From a virus, in IMG/VR virus record IMGVR_UViG_3300048914_000065: a DNA stretch of 45,081 bases, one strand, 5' to 3'. Both the position numbers and the translations under genes were made by a program. The notes beneath the pieces were generated by a model, which made no database searches, was not told where the DNA came from, and saw only the letters and a program-made list of their open reading frames with translations. Positions 34,278 to 41,995 of the stretch are shown here, piece after piece. Position 1 is the first letter of the stretch. Each line of letters opens with the position of its first letter.

Positions 34278-35231
34278 ATGACCGATATGAAAAACCGCCG
34301 TACCGCATGGGAATGCAAGATCGGCAGTATTAACGGCGTGACTGTTCCGCCGTGCGCCGACGCACCGATGCGCGCAGCAGTTCAAGACGCATTCAGAAAC
34401 GTAACCGGCGAAGAAGCGCAAGTAACGTTTAGCGGCTGGGGTGCAGAGTTCACGCCGCAAGAAATCGCCGTAATCAAGAACGACGGCAGTTGGCCCGCTG
34501 AAGTTCCGACTTTCGACTACGTTGCCGAAGCAAACGTAACTGCGTCGCATGAGTGGCACGGCGAAATGGTCAACTTCTTTTTCTTTAAGGCCGTACTTAC
34601 GAACGCCATCGGTGCTTTACAAGTTCTGGACAAGTACAAAAAGACGCTGTTCTACGGTCGTGATACCGGCTTGCCGATGCCGGATCGTGTCGAAAGCATG
34701 GCAAACATGCTCGCAACTTCGACCGAACACCAGATCGTGCATGCAATCATCGGTTCCGCCACCGAAGCCGGCGAAAAACTGGAACAACTCTACGCATGGG
34801 CGACTGGTAAAATCAAACACTTCGATAAGATCAATCTCGTCGAAGAAACCGGCGATGGTCAATGGTACGACGCATTGCTGGCCGACGCACTCGGCGTAAC
34901 GTTCGACGAAATCCAGCGTATCAACATCGCGAAGTTGCGCGCACGTTACAAAGACAAGTTCGATGCGTTCGACGCGAACAACCGTGAACTGGAGTTCGAA
35001 CGCGGAGTACTGGAAGTCGGCGCCGGTCTTACGTCGATCGCACATGACCAAGCCGCAGCCGCCGTTACCGGCTTGCCCGGCCTGTTCGATCCGCTGCCCG
35101 GCACGATGATGTTCGGCGAGCGCAAAGCCCATGCCGCAACGGTCGCTGCCGGCGTCGAAGCTTTCCGCAAGGAATGTCAACCTGCCGAGCACGTATGGCC
35201 GGGCGCATCGCTTCAATCTAACGAAAAATAA
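34278..35231 (+). CDS. MazG-like nucleoside triphosphate pyrophosphohydrolase domain protein with additional N- and C-terminal regions.
   Basis: 317 aa. Residues around 110-235 read KKTLFYGRD...HAIIGSATEAGEKLEQL...LVEETGDGQWYDALLADALGV..EIQRINIAKLRARYKDKF, the EExGE/D metal-binding pattern of all-alpha NTP-PPases. Confidence 0.6.
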   Translation: MTDMKNRRTAWECKIGSINGVTVPPCADAPMRAAVQDAFRNVTGEEAQVTFSGWGAEFTPQEIAVIKNDGSWPAEVPTFDYVAEANVTASHEWHGEMVNFFFFKAVLTNAIGALQVLDKYKKTLFYGRDTGLPMPDRVESMANMLATSTEHQIVHAIIGSATEAGEKLEQLYAWATGKIKHFDKINLVEETGDGQWYDALLADALGVTFDEIQRINIAKLRARYKDKFDAFDANNRELEFERGVLEVGAGLTSIAHDQAAAAVTGLPGLFDPLPGTMMFGERKAHAATVAAGVEAFRKECQPAEHVWPGASLQSNEK

Positions 35232-35234
35232 TAG

Positions 35235-35286
35235 TTGCATCGTAGCGTTCGACGTAGTATTATTTGAACCATCGTAGAACGCTACG
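35235..35286 (+). promoter_or_regulatory. Sigma70-type promoter TTGCAT-N17-TATTAT, bracketed by a 10-bp perfect inverted repeat.
   Basis: -35 at 35235-35240 and -10 at 35258-35263. The inverted repeat is cgtagcgttc (35241-35250) / gaacgctacg (35277-35286). An AAAGGGG Shine-Dalgarno and ATG 35319 follow. Confidence 0.6.
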
Positions 35287-35318
35287 AAACAACCAACAAC
35301 TTTGAAAGGGGTTTCATT

Positions 35319-35822
35319 ATGGAAAATCTGTCAGTCAATGCAGGCTGGACCGGCGCACCGAAAAAAGCAATGACCGTCGAAGAACGCGACGCGCTGTTGA
35401 ACAAATGGCTTGCCGCGCAACAAGCCTTGGTGAAGGCGAAAGACGAAGAAGCGAAGTTGCGCGCCCAGGTCGTTAGCGACATTATCCAGGCCAAGCCGGG
35501 CGAAAAAGGTACGCGTAACTACGAACTGAACGCCGGGTACAAGCTGAAAGCCGTCTTGAAGCTGAATTACAAGCTGAACAACGACGAAGTAGATAACACG
35601 CTTGACCGTATCGAACGCATCGGCGAAGAAGGCAAGTTCATTGCCGAACGACTGGTAAAGTTCAAGCCCGAACTGTCGGTTACGGAGTACAACACGATTT
35701 CGGAACGCGCCGCCAACGGCGACAGCACGGCGAAGAAGATCATTGCCGAGCTGAACAAGATTCTTACCATTTCCGACGCTACGCCGTCGCTTGAATTGGT
35801 CGAACCGAAAGCCAAGAAGTAA
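35319..35822 (+). CDS. Coiled-coil protein, possibly Sipho_Gp157-like.
   Basis: 167 aa, immediately upstream of the AAA_24-type ATPase as in Sfi21-type replication modules. The similarity judgement rests on position and composition only. Confidence 0.3.
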   Translation: MENLSVNAGWTGAPKKAMTVEERDALLNKWLAAQQALVKAKDEEAKLRAQVVSDIIQAKPGEKGTRNYELNAGYKLKAVLKLNYKLNNDEVDNTLDRIERIGEEGKFIAERLVKFKPELSVTEYNTISERAANGDSTAKKIIAELNKILTISDATPSLELVEPKAKK

Positions 35823-35864
35823 TAGCCCACATTACGCCAGGTTCGCGCCGGGCCATTCCTAAAC

Positions 35865-36545
35865 ATGAACGTAACTAAAGAACTGAAACCGGCGTCATCG
35901 TTCGCGCAGCAATTCGGCGTCAAAGCCTTGCTGTTCGGCGGGCCGGGTATGGGTAAAACTCCGTTGCTGAACACGGCCCCGCGCCCGGTTCTGTTGGCGG
36001 TCGAACCCGGCTTGCTGTCGATGCGGGGTTCGAATATCCCGACGTTCGAAGCGTTCAACAACTACGCACGAATCGAAGGCTTCTTCGAATGGCTGTTCAA
36101 CAGCGCCGAAGCAAAGCAATTCGATACCGTCGGCGTTGACAGTATTTCGCAAATCGCGGAAATTGTCTTGGCCGAACGGCTGGCGAAGAACAAAGACCCG
36201 CGCAAGGCGTACGGCGAAATGTCGCAAAAGTTGATGGAATACGCAAACGGCCTGTACTTCATGCAAAACAAGCATGCGTATTTGATCGCAAAGCAAACCA
36301 GTGCCGACGAAAACGGCGCGATTCGCAAGAAACCGTATTTCCCAGGTCAAGACCTGAACGTAAAAATTCCGCACCTATACGACGAAATCTTGCATTTGGG
36401 TAAAGCGATGATCCCAAGCGTCGGCGAACAAATCGCTATTCGAACAAAAGAAACGTTCGAAATCATGGCCCGCGACCGTTCCGGCAAGTGCGCCGAACTG
36501 GAACCGCCGAACTTGGGCCAACTGTTCCAAAAGATCATGCAGTAA
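35865..36545 (+). CDS. RecA-fold ATPase (AAA_24 / Sak4-like single-strand annealing or recombination protein).
   Basis: 226 aa with Walker A LLFGGPGMGKTP and a Walker B-like VGVDSIS. It is followed by the DUF669-type SSB. Confidence 0.65.
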   Translation: MNVTKELKPASSFAQQFGVKALLFGGPGMGKTPLLNTAPRPVLLAVEPGLLSMRGSNIPTFEAFNNYARIEGFFEWLFNSAEAKQFDTVGVDSISQIAEIVLAERLAKNKDPRKAYGEMSQKLMEYANGLYFMQNKHAYLIAKQTSADENGAIRKKPYFPGQDLNVKIPHLYDEILHLGKAMIPSVGEQIAIRTKETFEIMARDRSGKCAELEPPNLGQLFQKIMQ

Positions 36546-36601
36546 TCGGCGAAACGATACCGCCATTTAAAGTTATCGTAACCTGATAGAGAAAGCATCA
36601 A

Positions 36602-37345
36602 ATGCCAGCACTTCAACAACCGTTCAACTCCTCGCAGTTCGACCCCGCGACCGGCTTTTCGCAACTGCCCGTCGGCGAACATCCCGTTATTATCGTCGCT
36701 TCATCCATCGACGGCAACAAGAACCAGACCGGCGGATATGTCAAACTGAGCGTCAAAGCCATTGACGGCCCGGCAAACGGCCTGTCGATGGATTGGCGTT
36801 TGAATTTGTACAACGCATCGCAGAAAGCCGCTGAAATCGCGCATCGTCAACTGTCGGCGATTTGCCATGCTGTTGGTGTTCCGGCGTTCCAGCAAACTGA
36901 AGAACTGCACGGCAAACCGTTCGTCGTCATCGTCCAGCCGCAAAAGGAAGATGACAAGTACAACGAAATTTCCGGCTGCAAGTATATCGACGGTTCGCAG
37001 ATCAAGCCGGGGCAATACGGCGTCGCGGGCGGCGGTCAAGCCCAGGGCCAGCAGGGCGGCAACTGGGGCGGTCAACCGCAAGGCCAACAGCAACCGCAAG
37101 CCCAGCAGCCGCAAGGTGCATGGGGCGGTGCGCAGGCCCAGGGCCAGCCACAACAGCCGCCCCAGCAACAACCGCAGCAGCCCGCCCAAGGTCAACCGGC
37201 TTGGGGTGGCTCGCCCCAGGGTCAACAGCAGCCGCAGCAGCAAACGGGCGGTCAAGCCTGGGGCGGCGCACCCGCAGCCAACAACGGCGCCGGCCAGTGG
37301 CAACAGGGTCAACAGCAGCCCGGCAACAAACCGGCCTGGGGCTAA
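36602..37345 (+). CDS. ssDNA-binding protein (DUF669-type) with a roughly 110-aa Gln/Gly/Pro-rich tail carrying five WG(G) repeats.
   Basis: 247 aa. It has a globular N-terminal region of about 135 aa, followed by GGGQAQGQQGGNWGGQPQGQQQPQ...AWGGA...AWGGS...AWGGA...KPAWG. The gene is GC-rich. Confidence 0.6.
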   Translation: MPALQQPFNSSQFDPATGFSQLPVGEHPVIIVASSIDGNKNQTGGYVKLSVKAIDGPANGLSMDWRLNLYNASQKAAEIAHRQLSAICHAVGVPAFQQTEELHGKPFVVIVQPQKEDDKYNEISGCKYIDGSQIKPGQYGVAGGGQAQGQQGGNWGGQPQGQQQPQAQQPQGAWGGAQAQGQPQQPPQQQPQQPAQGQPAWGGSPQGQQQPQQQTGGQAWGGAPAANNGAGQWQQGQQQPGNKPAWG

Positions 37346-37370
37346 TTCTTCGTCGTAGTTATCGGCAATT

Positions 37371-37396
37371 AAATAGCGGGCTTCGGCCCGCTATTT
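37371..37396 (+). terminator. Rho-independent terminator or attenuator after the SSB gene.
   Basis: aaatagcgggc-ttcg-gcccgctattt, followed by tt. Confidence 0.7.
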
Positions 37397-37413
37397 TTAA
37401 GAACAAGTAAAAT

Positions 37414-37929
37414 ATGCTTCGCAATCCAAAACGAATTAGTAGCTTACTGCCGAACCCTTCGAACTGCGATAACTGCGGTTCAATGAACATTCGTTACACG
37501 ACCAACGACGTAATTTACGGTCGCATATTTGGCGAGTGGCCCCAATGCTGGTTTTGCGATGATTGCCGGGCGTCGGTCGGTTGTCACCCCCAAACTACGC
37601 ACCCGCTTGGGCGAATGGCCGACCGAGCAACAAAGAAGCTTCGTAACGATGCGCACAAAGTTTTTGACGTGCTTTGGTCGTCTGGTCTTATGACACGCGA
37701 CCGTGCTTACGTTTGGCTTGCCAATGAACTTAACATAGAAGCAGAACAAGCCCATATCGCATTACTTAACAAGGAACAGTTAAAACAGGTAATCGAGGCA
37801 AGCAAAGTATTCTTTGACGAACGCCAAAACATCATCGACCGTCGGAAAGCAAAACGTAATGAAAAACACCGAAACGAAAACAACCGAGAACGCCAACGAA
37901 TCGCCCTGCGAAAGCGCACCGGAAAGTAA
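37414..37929 (+). CDS. Zinc-finger protein, DUF3268-like.
   Basis: 171 aa. The pattern CDNCGS...WFCDDCRASVGCHP..THPLG...LRNDAHKVFDVLW...RDRAYVWLA is followed by a basic tail. Confidence 0.5.
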   Translation: MLRNPKRISSLLPNPSNCDNCGSMNIRYTTNDVIYGRIFGEWPQCWFCDDCRASVGCHPQTTHPLGRMADRATKKLRNDAHKVFDVLWSSGLMTRDRAYVWLANELNIEAEQAHIALLNKEQLKQVIEASKVFFDERQNIIDRRKAKRNEKHRNENNRERQRIALRKRTGK

Positions 37930-38857
37930 AGGCGTTCCGCCTGTAGACCTATCGGCCCCAGGCGTTAAAAAGGCCGTCGCCCAACGTATCAAAGCCGACA
38001 TCGATAAGTATTGCGAAGTGACGTACGACGACGGGCACCGTACGCATTTGGGTGCGTCGAAGATTGGCGAAGAATGCGCCCGCGCGCTTTGGTACGGATT
38101 TCGATGGGTAAGCGCCGAAAAATTCAATGGTCGTATGCAACGCCTGTTTCAACGCGGACACCGTGAAGAACCTTACGTGTTCGAACACTTGCGCGGCGCC
38201 GGATTCCAAATCTTCGAATTCGACGAATCGTTGCCGCTGAAAGACGGAAAGCCGCAGCAATACCGATTCAGTGCTGCATGTGGGCATTTCGGCGGTTCAC
38301 TCGACGCGGTTTGCAAGCTGCCTGCGCATTACAATATTGCCGAACCAATGCTCATTAGCATCAAAACAAAAGCCACCGGAACAGGGTTTAATGAACTGTC
38401 AAGTGACGGTGTAAAGGTTGTAGCGCCTGTGCACTACGCCCAAGAATGCACTTACGGCCGCGCGTTCGGTTTGAAATACGCATTGTATGTGTATAGGAAT
38501 AAGAACGACGACGACCAACATATAGAAGTTGTCGAACTGGATCATAAACACGCCGAACAGCTGGAAATGAAAGCCGAACGTATCATTTTCAGCCGCGAAG
38601 CGCCGCCGCGTATTTCCGAAAACCCGGCGTTTAAAACTTGCAAGTTCTGTTGGTTCGGCAATGAAAAAACCGGCATTTGTTTTAAAAAGCCTGGGCATAC
38701 GCCAATCGACCGAAACTGCCGTAGTTGCAAAAATGCTGTTCCAGGCGAAAACAAAACTTGGAATTGCGATATTCATAGCCGAACTAACGGCCCGTTGCCG
38801 CCCAAAGGATTAGAAAATATCGCTGCGCAGTGTGCTGATTACGATCCCATCGTATGA
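37814..38857 (+). CDS. PD-(D/E)XK nuclease, Cas4/RecB-like, with a candidate Fe-S Cys cluster.
   Basis: 347 aa. It carries LGASKIGEECARALWYGFRW near the N-terminus and CKFCWF...GIC near the C-terminus. The start is uncertain: the ORF overlaps the upstream gene by 116 nt, and ATG 37858 is an alternative. Confidence 0.55.
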   Translation: MTNAKTSSTVGKQNVMKNTETKTTENANESPCESAPESKGVPPVDLSAPGVKKAVAQRIKADIDKYCEVTYDDGHRTHLGASKIGEECARALWYGFRWVSAEKFNGRMQRLFQRGHREEPYVFEHLRGAGFQIFEFDESLPLKDGKPQQYRFSAACGHFGGSLDAVCKLPAHYNIAEPMLISIKTKATGTGFNELSSDGVKVVAPVHYAQECTYGRAFGLKYALYVYRNKNDDDQHIEVVELDHKHAEQLEMKAERIIFSREAPPRISENPAFKTCKFCWFGNEKTGICFKKPGHTPIDRNCRSCKNAVPGENKTWNCDIHSRTNGPLPPKGLENIAAQCADYDPIV

Positions 38858-40569
38858 AACTTCGGTATTATCAAGAGGGGGCGATACAAAGCGTGTTCGA
38901 TTACCATTACGAACACGGCGTAGAAGCCGGTAACACGATTGTCGCTATGCCCACAGGTACGGGCAAGTCGCCGACAATCGGCGGGCTGTTGATCCGGCTG
39001 TATAAAGAATGGCCGTCGTTGCGCGTGTTGAACTTGACGCACGTAAAAGAGTTGATCGCGCAGAACGTCGAAAAGCTGCAAATGATGTGGCCGACGGCCC
39101 CAGTTGGTATCTATTCGGCGGGCCTGGGTCAACGCGACACAATGTTGCCGATTCTATTCGGCGGCGTGGCAAGTATCGTAAAAAGCGAAGCTATTCTGTC
39201 GCAACATTGGGACATAGGAATTATTGACGAATGCCATCTGTTAAGCCCTGAAGAAGATTCAATGTATCAAGTAATTGTTGCGGCCGTCATGGCACGCAAC
39301 CCGCGCTTTAAGCTTATCGGCTTTACCGCAACGCCGTATCGACTGAAACAAGGATTGATTACCGACGGCGGTATTTTCAGCGATATTTGTTGCGACCTCA
39401 CCGGCGTTGATGCGTTCAATCGATTCATCAACGAAGCGTATTTGTCGCCGTTGATCGCTAAGAAAACCGATGTTCAAATCGAAGCGTCGGAATTAAAAAT
39501 TGTCGGCGGCGAGTATGCAGCAAAGCCGCTTGAAGCTGAAATCGACAGAATCATGGTTCCGGGGTTACGCGAAGTATGCGACCTGGGCCAGAACCGTCAT
39601 AAATGGTTGATCTTTACGGCCGGCGTTGCAACTGCTGAACGCTGCGCCGAAATCTTGAATAGCTGGGGCGTTAGCGCGATGGCTGTTCACTCCAAGCTGA
39701 AGGGCTCCGAAAACGATAAGCGAATTGCCGCGCATAAGGCCGGGCAGTTTCGCGCGCTTATCAACGTCGGCAAACTGACAACCGGATACGACGACCCAGG
39801 AATAGACCTGATCGCAGTATTTCGCAAGACGACTTCGCCGGGCCTTTGGGTTCAAATTCTAGGACGTGGAACGCGACCGCTGTATATGCCTGGGTTTGAT
39901 CTTGAAACCGTCGAAGGCCGATTCGAAGCCATGTACGCAGGGCCGAAGCAAAACACATTGGTTCTTGACTTCGCAGCGAACACCGAAGAATTAGGCCCGA
40001 TCAACGACGTTCGCATACCGCGCAAGAAGGGCAAAGAAACCGGCGATGCACCTGTACGCATTTGCACGAAAGAAGCCCTTAAAGTAAATGCGACGCGCGA
40101 AAAATGGGAAATGGAAGATGGATGCGGCGCGTACAATCATGCAAGTGTTCGTAGTTGCTGCAATTGCGGGCGCGAATTTCTGTTTCAAACGCACATTCTA
40201 GCAAGCGCGACCGATGCGGAACTGATCAAAGGTAACGAAGCTGTCGTAGAATACTTCAACGTTGACCGAGTGTTTTATAGCTCGCATGAAACTTCTAAGG
40301 GCCGAAGCCTTAAAGTAACGTACGCGTGCGGTATGCGTAGTTTCCGCGAATACGTAAGCATCGAATACACCGACCCGTCGGCACACTTCGCACGCAAACG
40401 CGGTCGCGACTGGTTCCGCCAACGATTCATTAGCGACGGCGAAGATGTGACGCCACCCGAAACCGTAGACGAAGCATTGCAGTACGTAAGCCGACTCAAA
40501 GAACCGAAACGCTTACGCGTTCGTACCGATCAACAATACCCTGAAATATTAGGCCATGAGTTCTTCTAA
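38854..40569 (+). CDS. Superfamily-2 DEAD/DEAH-box DNA helicase with a C-terminal zinc-ribbon region.
   Basis: 571 aa with Walker A AMPTGTGKS, IIDECH, GFTATP, helicase-C TTGYDDPGIDL...ILGRGTR, and CGAYNHASVRSCCNCG. Confidence 0.85.
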   Translation: MKLRYYQEGAIQSVFDYHYEHGVEAGNTIVAMPTGTGKSPTIGGLLIRLYKEWPSLRVLNLTHVKELIAQNVEKLQMMWPTAPVGIYSAGLGQRDTMLPILFGGVASIVKSEAILSQHWDIGIIDECHLLSPEEDSMYQVIVAAVMARNPRFKLIGFTATPYRLKQGLITDGGIFSDICCDLTGVDAFNRFINEAYLSPLIAKKTDVQIEASELKIVGGEYAAKPLEAEIDRIMVPGLREVCDLGQNRHKWLIFTAGVATAERCAEILNSWGVSAMAVHSKLKGSENDKRIAAHKAGQFRALINVGKLTTGYDDPGIDLIAVFRKTTSPGLWVQILGRGTRPLYMPGFDLETVEGRFEAMYAGPKQNTLVLDFAANTEELGPINDVRIPRKKGKETGDAPVRICTKEALKVNATREKWEMEDGCGAYNHASVRSCCNCGREFLFQTHILASATDAELIKGNEAVVEYFNVDRVFYSSHETSKGRSLKVTYACGMRSFREYVSIEYTDPSAHFARKRGRDWFRQRFISDGEDVTPPETVDEALQYVSRLKEPKRLRVRTDQQYPEILGHEFF

Positions 40570-40792
40570 AGACGACAAATTAGACCGTTATAGACCATTA
40601 GCGGCGTTCGCAATCCTTCGTAGCATTAAAACCGTCGATCCTAACGAACTTGTGAAGTCTTGCATTTCTTGCGACTTTTTCGTAGAATCAAAGGAAGCTT
40701 GCAAAAAATCCGAAATGCAACGACCGCCCGCCCGCGTAATCGCATTCGGCTGCAAAGCGTATGAATGCATTGACGATGACATACCATTCTAG
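40556..40792 (+). CDS. Small Cys-containing protein ending in the bacterial SSB C-terminal tip, DDDIPF.
   Basis: 78 aa. Cys pattern: CISC...C...CKAYEC. The last six codons, gac gat gac ata cca ttc (40772-40789), give DDDIPF followed by a stop. Confidence 0.6.
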   Translation: MSSSKDDKLDRYRPLAAFAILRSIKTVDPNELVKSCISCDFFVESKEACKKSEMQRPPARVIAFGCKAYECIDDDIPF

Positions 40793-40800
40793 GGCGAAAC

Positions 40801-41808
40801 ATGGCAAATAATAGTAAACGTGCGCGTCGTAAAACTGACGAACAATCAAACCTTGTCGCCGCCCTAAAGTTCGTCGCAGCGGCCCAGGGAGACAGCAAAG
40901 CTGAAACCCAGCATACACACGTAATGCTTTCGAAGCAATGGGCGACGGCAACGAACCCGATTTTCGCAATGGGGCATCGTATCGCCGACGACATTGACGC
41001 GTGCCCACATACGGTCCGACTCATTGACGCGCTGTCGAAGTGCGGCCAAACGCTATCGATTACGACCCTTGATAGCGGTAAGCTTTCTATCAAATCCGAC
41101 AAGTTCCGCGCGCTGGTTCCTTGCGTCCCTGGGGCGCTTATGCCGCCCGCCCTGCCCGATACCCCTTGCGCTACCCTGAACGACGCGCTGCGGGCCGGAT
41201 TCGCGGCCGTGGCCGACGTTGCCGGGCCTGTCCAGGGTCGGGAATGGGCAAACGCGGTCTTGCTGCAAGCCGGGTCGGTCATTGCGTGCGATGGAATTTG
41301 CGCCGTTGAATACTGGCACGGCATCGACTTGCCGCCCGGCCTTATCGTACCGAAAGCCGCAGTTGCCGCGATTCTGAAAACCGGCAAGCCGCTTGCGCAC
41401 TTCGGATTTTCCCAAAATACCGCAACGTTCTATTTCGACGACGAATCATGGTTGAAAACTCAACTGTTGACCGTCGAATATCCTAACGTAGGTCGAATTC
41501 TTAACGTAAGTTCGAACCCTTGGCCGTTGCCGCCTGGGTTCTTCGACGCGCTAAAGTCGGTCGCATCGTTTAGCGAAACCGGACAGGTATTCTTTAATCA
41601 AAACGTATTAGCGTCGCACCCTAACGGCGAAGAAGGCGCAATGTACGAAATCGAAGGCATACCGCCGAATAAAGCGTACAATAGCAAATACCTGTTGGCG
41701 TTCGAAGGCTTGGCCGACAGATTCGATTTCAACCCGCACGACCCCATAGGCAATTGCGTTTTCTTCGGAGATAATTTGCGCGGCGTTATTGCAGCAATCA
41801 GGCGTTAA
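40801..41808 (+). CDS. DnaN-like beta sliding clamp.
   Basis: 335 aa. By eye it aligns along its whole length with E. coli DnaN: KLSIKSDKFRALVPCVP (cf. RSGRSRFSLSTLP), IACDGICAV (cf. VATDGHRLAV), LIVPKAAV (cf. VIVPRKGV), TVEYPNVGRIL (cf. GRFPDYRRVLP), AYNSKYLL (cf. GFNVSYVL). Confidence 0.65.
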   Translation: MANNSKRARRKTDEQSNLVAALKFVAAAQGDSKAETQHTHVMLSKQWATATNPIFAMGHRIADDIDACPHTVRLIDALSKCGQTLSITTLDSGKLSIKSDKFRALVPCVPGALMPPALPDTPCATLNDALRAGFAAVADVAGPVQGREWANAVLLQAGSVIACDGICAVEYWHGIDLPPGLIVPKAAVAAILKTGKPLAHFGFSQNTATFYFDDESWLKTQLLTVEYPNVGRILNVSSNPWPLPPGFFDALKSVASFSETGQVFFNQNVLASHPNGEEGAMYEIEGIPPNKAYNSKYLLAFEGLADRFDFNPHDPIGNCVFFGDNLRGVIAAIRR

Positions 41809-41809
41809 G

Positions 41810-41995
41810 ATGAGCAAGCAAAGCAACGCGGCGGCGCAACTGTTCGCACTAATCGACGAACTTAGAACGACCGCCGAAGCTTCCCAGGAAATGAACCGCG
41901 TTTACCGCGATTACATACGGTCGCAAGCCTTTCGTATCGAAGCATTAGAAAAAGAGTTGGAACAACTGCGCGGGACTAAACCGAATGTTCTTTGA
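41810..41995 (+). CDS. Small coiled-coil protein.
   Basis: 61 aa from ATG 41810, one nt after the clamp gene stop. The track start 41789 lies inside the clamp gene. Confidence 0.4.
   Translation: MSKQSNAAAQLFALIDELRTTAEASQEMNRVYRDYIRSQAFRIEALEKELEQLRGTKPNVL

Noticed and set aside
40641-41387. 248-aa minus-strand ORF opposite the clamp gene. Similar antisense ORFs: 9094..9993, 34617..35240, 35567..36061, 35895..36374 and 36701..37312.
   Set aside because: All are antisense to ORFs with recognisable domains and operon context, and their compositions are typical of shadow frames.
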